DNA of 64,000 nt from an uncultured Anaerolineales bacterium (lineage in GTDB: Bacteria > Chloroflexota > Anaerolineae > Anaerolineales > UBA11858). This document shows, in pieces, positions 55,316 to 64,000 of the stretch (its first letter is position 1; each line of letters begins with the position of its first letter). A program made the position numbers and the translations under genes. A model generated the notes under the pieces. That model searched no databases. It saw only the letters and a program-made list of their open reading frames with translations, and was not told the origin of the DNA. The stretch lies in contig CAYWIC010000002.1 of NCBI GenBank assembly GCA_964458115.1, positions 5,936 to 69,935 of the forward strand, given 5' to 3'.

Positions 55316-56110
55316 CTACGGCATCTGGATGCCTGATCCGACTTCAATGTCATGCTCTTTGCAGTGGTTTCCACCTTCGGGATTGGTGAAATCGAAATCT
55401 ATGAAGGCCAGGCATTTCAATTCCAATCCAGCTTCCTCTAAATAACGCATCACCGGACTGCCCTCAGCATTTCCGCTAGCAATGTAGTCATATACTTGCT
55501 CTGTAGATAGGATACTGCGCCCATTGACTTCGGGGGCAGCTTGCGTTTTGATACTGTTGAGGGTCAAGATTTCAGTGATCGCCAACCATTCTTCTTTCGA
55601 AGTTTCTTCGAAGTGGTATAGGATTGTATCCCTGATAGGGGCCATAATTGTATAGATGCGCGCATATTCACGGGTGTTGTGATCGGTTTGATATTCATCG
55701 GTGAGAATGAGTTGTTCGCCACCCTGAAGCGGCGCGCCGCGGGGTGTGAGCATATTGCCGGTCTTATCGACTACCAGATTGTATCCATAGGAGATCACGC
55801 CCTGATCGAGGTTATGCTGACCACCTTCCTCGATCAAAGGCTCACCGGTGCGGATACTGGTCAAGCCATAAGACCATAGTTGGGTGAGATCAAGTGATTC
55901 ATTAGAAGCTGCCTCGCTCTCTGGATTTCCTATTGTGGCGGTAATCGCCAATGCCTCGCTGGGATCGCTTTCTGGGGATGGCGTTGTTTCCGTATTATCC
56001 GTCACATCCGTGTCAGACAGGGTGACAGAAACAGAATTCTCTGCAGGTGTTATATTATTACAACTGACTAAAAAAGTTAGGCCTATCAGCAGCCAAGTGA
56101 GTCTGTTCAT
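55316..56110 (-). CDS. Hypothetical lipoprotein
   Basis: Lipobox LVSC followed by a T/E/S/P-rich linker; no family recognised. Confidence 0.65.
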   Translation of the reverse strand: MNRLTWLLIGLTFLVSCNNITPAENSVSVTLSDTDVTDNTETTPSPESDPSEALAITATIGNPESEAASNESLDLTQLWSYGLTSIRTGEPLIEEGGQHNLDQGVISYGYNLVVDKTGNMLTPRGAPLQGGEQLILTDEYQTDHNTREYARIYTIMAPIRDTILYHFEETSKEEWLAITEILTLNSIKTQAAPEVNGRSILSTEQVYDYIASGNAEGSPVMRYLEEAGLELKCLAFIDFDFTNPEGGNHCKEHDIEVGSGIQMP

Positions 56111-56318
56111 TTTATATTTATTAGATTCTTTCCGATATTTAGGACCCGACACTTTTGTTTTGGACGCTGATTTACGCAGATATTCATGATTTTTGGGGGA
56201 TTTTCAATTTATTTTCACACATCAAATCTGAGAAAATCTGCATCCTATTTGAAAACTGTCAGGTTGATAGTCCAAGATTAGAAGCTCGATTTATATTTGA
56301 GAGAAACTCCAATGGCTC

Positions 56319-57143
56319 TCAGGCATTTTGCCATTCAACTGAATGTACACAAATTGCATGATCAAATCCCTTAGGAGTGAATTCTTCAAATTCAGAGAAT
56401 CGAATACCCACGTTTCTACAGAAATCTTTCACCTCTGGGGCGACAAGTATCTGATTCGCATCGGCATGATCACAAAGGCGTGCGGCTAAATTGACAGCAG
56501 CTCCAAAAAGATCACCACCATCTTCTATGGGTTCGCCGGTTGTCATGCCTATCTTGAGATACAGAGAATCTTCGGGGTTTTCCTGGTTGTGGGTATTAAA
56601 CGCTTTTTGAATAGCTATGGCACATTCGACCGCATTCGGCACCGATGCGAAGGATGCCAAAAAACCATCACCGGTATGTTTGACTTCATTCCCTTGGAAT
56701 TCCCGGAGAATGTTTCTGGTAAGCAAATTGTGCACATGGAGCAGATGCAAAGCTCTAGAATCACCTAATTCTGTAGACATGCGAGTCGAATCTTTTAGAT
56801 CTGTGAACATGATTGTCCGAAAAGCAGAATCAATTGGTATCTCCCCCGTAGATTCGACTGGGTTAGGGTCCTTGACCCTGCCGAGGAAAGCCTCCACAAT
56901 GGTGGGATCAACTTCGATGATCTCATGAGGGACCGATCCATGGGCTTCGTCATGGGCATTCTGGATGGTTTCTTTGTCGGGAGCATCAACCAGGCAGAAG
57001 GCTGTGCTACGGGCATCATCGAACCAATAGGTCAAGAATTTAACGCTATGTTTATCTTGGATTACAAGATCCTTTTCGTGAGCGTCCGCGATGGCATGTT
57101 TTGATGCACCTTCAATAAAATGACGATCCATATAGATAGGCAT
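56319..57143 (-). CDS. DUF4242 (SCO4226-like) + class III adenylate/guanylate cyclase
   Basis: N-terminal YMDRH...AFCLVDAP...AHG..PHEI; FTDLKDST, KHTGDG, DLFGAAVNLAARL. Confidence 0.88.
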   Translation of the reverse strand: MPIYMDRHFIEGASKHAIADAHEKDLVIQDKHSVKFLTYWFDDARSTAFCLVDAPDKETIQNAHDEAHGSVPHEIIEVDPTIVEAFLGRVKDPNPVESTGEIPIDSAFRTIMFTDLKDSTRMSTELGDSRALHLLHVHNLLTRNILREFQGNEVKHTGDGFLASFASVPNAVECAIAIQKAFNTHNQENPEDSLYLKIGMTTGEPIEDGGDLFGAAVNLAARLCDHADANQILVAPEVKDFCRNVGIRFSEFEEFTPKGFDHAICVHSVEWQNA

Positions 57144-57154
57144 GGCGAGTCTCC

Positions 57155-57670
57155 TTAGAATGTAATGTATTGCGAAATAGCCATACCAATCAACGAAATG
57201 GACACCAGGATTGTGGAAGCAATCCCATCTTTGCTGAGTTTATCTGCCAGATGCTTCATTTCTGCAAGCTGCTCTGGTTGTGGTGGACCGCTTGTAGCAG
57301 CAATTTCATCCGATAGGGCTTTCATGTGTTTTCCGGTAGGCTGCTGGTTCAAGATTCCCATAACCCAGGCGATTGCACCCGCCAAAGAACCCAGCGTAAG
57401 TGTTAGTCCGCGGCCCGAGACGATAAAGGATCCCCGGAAACCCGATAGCATCCAATAGAGCACAAATCCTGAGAGAAATGTCAACGTTGCGGCAACGGCC
57501 ATATACGGATGAAACTTCGAGCGCGTATTTAGCTTTTGCATGAACAATCGAACGGATTCGTCATCTTGCGCCATTGGGGCGATGATACTCGCGACGAAAA
57601 ATGCTGCGCCAGCCCAGGCTACCCCCGCGAAAATATGTACTATCCTAAGAATAATTACCAGTGCAGCCAT
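57155..57670 (-). CDS. Hypothetical membrane protein (DUF2269/CopD-like)
   Basis: LRIVHIFAGVAWAG plus 4 TM segments. Confidence 0.65.
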   Translation of the reverse strand: MAALVIILRIVHIFAGVAWAGAAFFVASIIAPMAQDDESVRLFMQKLNTRSKFHPYMAVAATLTFLSGFVLYWMLSGFRGSFIVSGRGLTLTLGSLAGAIAWVMGILNQQPTGKHMKALSDEIAATSGPPQPEQLAEMKHLADKLSKDGIASTILVSISLIGMAISQYITF

Positions 57671-57764
57671 TTCGATCTCCTTATATGACAAATAGGATAA
57701 TATCTATCCTATAATAACACAAATGTTACATTTTTGGTTCTCTGGGAATTTCATGGTGAACTCA

Positions 57765-57813
57765 AGATTTGAGGATAAGGGGTGTGCGGAGCACGCCCCT
57801 TATCCTCAAATCT
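57765..57813. repeat. Long intergenic palindrome (family A, copy 9)
   Basis: AGATTTGAGGATAAGGGG-T-GTGC-GGA-GCAC-G-CCCCTTATCCTCAAATCT, inside outer IR 57736-57843. Lies between divergent genes. Confidence 0.95.
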
Positions 57814-57877
57814 ACTCACTTCCGCGGTGATTCCTAGAGAGCCTACATCTTTGGCGTGCGATCATAGAAATGTTTAG

Positions 57878-60001
<2,124 letters not shown>

Positions 60002-60072
60002 CATATCCTGGACTCTGAACTAAACTTCCTCCATATATTATTGATTGACGAACGCACATTCGGACTAGTTTC

Positions 60073-60124
60073 CGAAATTTGGGGGTGCAGGCGGGGTTCC
60101 ACCCGCCTGCACCCCCAAATTTCG
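60073..60124. repeat. Long intergenic palindrome (family A, copy 10)
   Basis: Perfect 23-bp stem CGAAATTTGGGGGTGCAGGCGGG / CCCGCCTGCACCCCCAAATTTCG. Confidence 0.95.
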
Positions 60125-60180
60125 ATTTTCTTGTATGCGATGTGATTGTAGTCAATGTTAGCTATTATTCGAGGTGTAAA

Positions 60181-61389
60181 ATGGATTTGATCAAGAACAA
60201 CGACGCGGTTACGCGCCGGGTTGCCGCCATGGTGGACCGGGTAGCGGGGATGAAGGAAAACGACGAGTATTACTACAATATGCCAGTGACTGAAATGCGT
60301 GGCGGGTCCAAGGTAATGGTGGACGGCCGTGAGATGGGGATGTACGCCTCCTACAGTTACCTGGGTTTGGTAGGTCATCCGCGCATTAACAAAGCTGCCC
60401 AAGACGCTGTGGCAAAATACGGGACTGGCACGCACGGTGTCCGCACTTTAGCGGGCACTTTGGATTTGCATCGCGAGTTGGAAGATACGATTGCCGAATT
60501 CAAGAACGCCGAAGCTGCAGTGACGTACACCTCAGGGTATGTCACCAACCTGACGGCAATCTCTACCCTGGTGGGTCGTGGTGATTATGTTTTCTCAGAT
60601 AAACTCAATCACGCCAGCATCGTTGATGGCTGCATGACCTCGGGGGCCAAATTCCGCCGTTTCAAGCACAACGATATGGAAAGCCTAGAGCGCATGGTGG
60701 CCAGCGCGCCTGCCGACGCAGCGAAACTGGTCGTGGCAGATGCAGTCTTTAGTATGGATGGTGATATCATCGACCTGCCGCGCATGGTGGAGATCTGCCA
60801 GAAGTACGACGCCTGGCTGATGATGGACGAGGCCCATTCGGTAGGAGTTTTGGGAAAGAATGGACGTGGCATCGAAGAGCACTTCGATATGCCAGGCACA
60901 GTCGATATCAAGATGGGCACCCTGAGCAAGACCATCCCTTCGGTGGGCGGCTATATCGCCGGCAAGAAGGATATGATCACGTATTTGCGACACGCCAGCC
61001 GGGCCTATATCTTCTCGGCGGCGCTGCCTCCCGCACAGGCTGCGGCGGCAAAAGAAGCCTTCAAGGTCATCCTGGATGAACCCTGGAGGATCGAGAAACT
61101 CAATGCCAATACCGAGCAGTTCATCGGGGGCTTGAAGGCGCGCGGCTTCGATACCATGTTAACCGAGACTGCTATTGTGCCGGTCTTGTGCGGCGCAGAT
61201 GAGACTGCTTATGCGGTCACCCGTCACGCCCAGAAGAACAATCTCTTTGTGCTGCCGGTGGTCTCGCCAGCTGTACCGGTAGGCCTAGCACGTTTGCGGG
61301 CGACGGTATTGGCCTCGCACGAGCCGGATGATATTGAATACGCCATGGATGTGATTGCTGAGGCGGGGAAGGATATTGGGATCATATAG
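60181..61389 (+). CDS. PLP-dependent alpha-oxoamine synthase family (BioF/Kbl/serine palmitoyltransferase-like)
   Basis: SYLGL, NHASIVDG, FSMDGD, DEAHS, GTLSK. Confidence 0.9.
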   Translation: MDLIKNNDAVTRRVAAMVDRVAGMKENDEYYYNMPVTEMRGGSKVMVDGREMGMYASYSYLGLVGHPRINKAAQDAVAKYGTGTHGVRTLAGTLDLHRELEDTIAEFKNAEAAVTYTSGYVTNLTAISTLVGRGDYVFSDKLNHASIVDGCMTSGAKFRRFKHNDMESLERMVASAPADAAKLVVADAVFSMDGDIIDLPRMVEICQKYDAWLMMDEAHSVGVLGKNGRGIEEHFDMPGTVDIKMGTLSKTIPSVGGYIAGKKDMITYLRHASRAYIFSAALPPAQAAAAKEAFKVILDEPWRIEKLNANTEQFIGGLKARGFDTMLTETAIVPVLCGADETAYAVTRHAQKNNLFVLPVVSPAVPVGLARLRATVLASHEPDDIEYAMDVIAEAGKDIGII

Positions 61390-61432
61390 CATATAAACGT
61401 GCAAACGCACACCGTTATGATGAGAAAAAAAG

Positions 61433-61483
61433 AAAAAAATGGGTGCGTGAAAGCGCAAAGCGCTTTCACGCACCCATTTTTTT
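61433..61483. repeat. Long intergenic palindrome (family A, copy 11)
   Basis: Perfect 24-bp stem AAAAAAATGGGTGCGTGAAAGCGC-AAA-GCGCTTTCACGCACCCATTTTTTT. Confidence 0.95.
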
Positions 61484-61522
61484 ACACCCCAAGTGTTTCA
61501 AGTTTTCGTATAAAATAGACCT

Positions 61523-62746
61523 ATGGATACCATTGTCTTAAAACCCGGCCGTGATAAAGCCTTACTTCGCCGCCACTCTTGGGTCTTTTCGGGAGCGGTT
61601 GCAGAAGTCGAAGGGAACCCTGGGATGGGGGAGACGGTAGATATTGTCGATGCCCAAGGAGAGTTCCTTGCAAGGGGAGCCTTTTCGCCAGAGTCGCAGA
61701 TCAGGGTGCGGGTGTGGACGAGGAATCCTTCAGAGCGGGTGGATACTAATTTCTTTCGTAGGAAACTAGAGCGGTCAATTTCTTTGCGAAGTGACCGGGG
61801 ACGGGGGACCGAAGACTGGGCTAAAGGTTTTCCCGCCCCCGGTCTTCCTTCATCCGTCCGACTAGTCCACGCTGAATCTGATGGCCTGCCTGGCCTGGTG
61901 GTGGACCGCTACGCTGGCACATTGGTGATGCAGGTTCTGAGCGCGGGGGTTGAACGCTGGCGGGAGACGATTGCCGATTTGTTATTTGAGTTGACCGATG
62001 TCCAGCATATCTACGAACGGTCGGACGCGGAAGTTCGCAAATTGGAAGGTCTACCCTTGCGCATAGGCACAATTCGGATTGATGAAGCCTTTGAGCGCGT
62101 CCAAATCGAAGAGGGAGGCCTGAAATTCTGGGTAGATGTGGAGAAGGGGCACAAGACTGGATTTTACCTGGATCAATGCCTCAACCGTGCTCGAGTGCGA
62201 GCCCTGGCTGCTGGGCGCGATGTTCTAGATTGTTTTTGCTATTCTGGTGGCTTCGCCCTCAATACCCTGGCGGGCAGTGCAACATCTGTTACCGCAGTGG
62301 ACTCATCGGTAGACGCGCTAACTTTGGCTGAGGAGAATCGCGCTCTCAACAATCTGCCTGAGGAGAAGATCGAGTGGTTGGAGGGGGATGTCTTCCAGGT
62401 ATTGCGCTCATTTAGGGACGCGCGCCGTGATTTCGATATGATCATTCTCGACCCACCCAAATTTGCGCCGACTTCATCCCAAGCCCAGAAAGCCGCCCGA
62501 GGCTACAAAGATATAAATCTGTTAGCATTCAAACTCTTACGGCCGGGTGGTTTATTGGTGACATTCTCCTGTTCTGGGGGGATCTCAGCGGATTTCTTCC
62601 AAAAGATTATCGCTGGCGCAGCGCTTGATGCGGGTGTAAATGCCCAAATTGTCGATCATCTTCATCAGAGTCCAGATCATCCTGTGGCTTTGAATTTTCC
62701 TGAAGGGAAATACTTGAAAGGATTGGTTATTCGAAAAAATAATTGA
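61523..62746 (+). CDS. rlmI: 23S rRNA m5C1962 methyltransferase (RlmI/YccW family)
   Basis: PUA-like N-terminus, ESDGLPGLVVD, GHKTGFYLDQ, DPPKF, FSCSG, YLKG. Confidence 0.9.
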   Translation: MDTIVLKPGRDKALLRRHSWVFSGAVAEVEGNPGMGETVDIVDAQGEFLARGAFSPESQIRVRVWTRNPSERVDTNFFRRKLERSISLRSDRGRGTEDWAKGFPAPGLPSSVRLVHAESDGLPGLVVDRYAGTLVMQVLSAGVERWRETIADLLFELTDVQHIYERSDAEVRKLEGLPLRIGTIRIDEAFERVQIEEGGLKFWVDVEKGHKTGFYLDQCLNRARVRALAAGRDVLDCFCYSGGFALNTLAGSATSVTAVDSSVDALTLAEENRALNNLPEEKIEWLEGDVFQVLRSFRDARRDFDMIILDPPKFAPTSSQAQKAARGYKDINLLAFKLLRPGGLLVTFSCSGGISADFFQKIIAGAALDAGVNAQIVDHLHQSPDHPVALNFPEGKYLKGLVIRKNN

Positions 62747-62864
62747 GAACTCATCTACCAAACTCAAAGTAGATATTCATGCGCGTATTTCCAAAATTGA
62801 TATTAGTAACGTGTATGTGGGTTCTCTAAAACCAAAAACTCTCCAAGAAAAAGCAGAAATATAG

Positions 62865-64000
62865 ATGCAGCAAATCGCTCTCGATATTAGAACCTTGAGT
62901 TTTATAACAATGTGCATATCCTTGATATTTGCATTAGGAATTTACATATATGGGATCATGCAAAAAAAGTTCAAGGGGTTTACATTATTGGCATTAGCCA
63001 ATACAGCTACTGCGGCAGGACTGGCCCTGCTTGGTCTTCAGGATGCACTCCCAGCCTTGTTCACAATTGTAGCTGCTAACACCTTAGTAATTGCAGGGTA
63101 TGTGCTATATTTTGAGGGCTCCCGGCGCTTTCTTGACACTGCAGACTCGGTTCACCCAATCGGGATAGCAGCGATTCTCCTGAACATCGGATTATTTATC
63201 TATTTCACCTACCAGTTCCCATCCGTAAATCACCGCATCATAGGCGCATCTGCCATTGCTGCGTTTGTTAGTGTTTTGAGTGCACGAGAATTTATCCGAG
63301 TGATGCCAGATTACTGGCGAGTACCAGGAACTTTGATGGCGTTGATATTCGGCGGGTCTTCCATACTCCACGTGAGTCGTATGATCTGGACATTGGGGGA
63401 GAACAGAATTCAATCACTAATGACCACAAGCACTGTTCATGCCTTTCCATTCATTTTTGGTGTAATGTTTATTGCTGGGATGACATTTGGTTTTATCTGG
63501 ATGGTAAGTAAAAAACTTGAGTTTGAATTAACAGAACTCGCTAACCATGACCAACTAACAAATATATTGAATAGAAGAGGAGTGGAAACCCTTGTTGATT
63601 GGGAACTATCGAAATTGAGCAGGATAGATACTGCGTTATCGATAATTATGATAGATCTGGATCACTTTAAAAACGTAAATGATTGCTTTGGACATCATAT
63701 TGGAGATGAAGTTTTGGCAGGTTTTGCCAAGTTAGTCAGTCAAAATTTGAGAGTTCATGATATTTTTGGCCGAATGGGTGGCGAAGAGTTTATTATGGTT
63801 TTGCCAAGCACAACCCTAGATCAAGCGCTAATCCTTGCTGAACGTTTGAGGATGTGTGTAGAAGAATTTGTTTTTGAGTTTGAGGGGCATAAAATTCAAA
63901 TCACGGCCAGTTTTGGTGTAACACATTATGTTTCTGAAACGCGCTCATTGCAAAAGATGATTCAGTTCGCAGACAAAGCACTTTATTTGTCAAAACAACA
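62865..64000 (+). CDS. Membrane-bound GGDEF diguanylate cyclase, 3'-truncated by window edge
   Basis: Read by hand: MQQIALDIRTL..., about 7 TM, DQLTNILNRRG, DLDHFK, RVHD, GRMGGEEF, ADKALY. No stop before 64000. Confidence 0.9.
   Translation, partial: MQQIALDIRTLSFITMCISLIFALGIYIYGIMQKKFKGFTLLALANTATAAGLALLGLQDALPALFTIVAANTLVIAGYVLYFEGSRRFLDTADSVHPIGIAAILLNIGLFIYFTYQFPSVNHRIIGASAIAAFVSVLSAREFIRVMPDYWRVPGTLMALIFGGSSILHVSRMIWTLGENRIQSLMTTSTVHAFPFIFGVMFIAGMTFGFIWMVSKKLEFELTELANHDQLTNILNRRGVETLVDWELSKLSRIDTALSIIMIDLDHFKNVNDCFGHHIGDEVLAGFAKLVSQNLRVHDIFGRMGGEEFIMVLPSTTLDQALILAERLRMCVEEFVFEFEGHKIQITASFGVTHYVSETRSLQKMIQFADKALYLSKQ

Overview
Bacterial chromosomal window. The proteins and repeats suggest Chloroflexota/Anaerolineae, which is an inference from protein style only. 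It holds about 54 CDS, with no rRNA, tRNA, CRISPR array or transposase recognised. Layout: (1) 1-13.5 kb is a co-directional carbohydrate uptake/catabolism operon with FGGY kinase, FAD oxidase plus a Cys-depleted GlcF/HdrD-like partner, a split transketolase with a non-canonical acceptor motif, an ABC transporter, two amidohydrolases and three dehydrogenases. (2) Next come a P-type ATPase and a short FtsH-like protease. (3) 18.9-36.6 kb is a minus-strand run of ten predicted lipoproteins, mostly hydrolases with several unusual fusions, plus an ECF sigma factor. (4) crtI-crtB-like genes are bracketed by palindromic repeats. (5) TetR modules follow, one leading into an AhpD/peroxidase-like gene with an in-frame TGA at the catalytic Cys position and a SECIS-like hairpin (probable selenoprotein with a GxxU motif). 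(6) The rest includes signalling genes (three GGDEF proteins, one fused to a ribbon-helix-helix; a class III cyclase), ligA carrying an in-frame palindromic insertion, an alpha-oxoamine synthase and rlmI. Across the window, about 11 intergenic hairpins share size (about 50 nt, stems up to 23-24 bp) and mostly C-(GNA/AAA)-G loops but not arm sequence; some sit inside a conserved MITE-like outer inverted repeat. All calls come from reading motifs by eye; no database searches were run.
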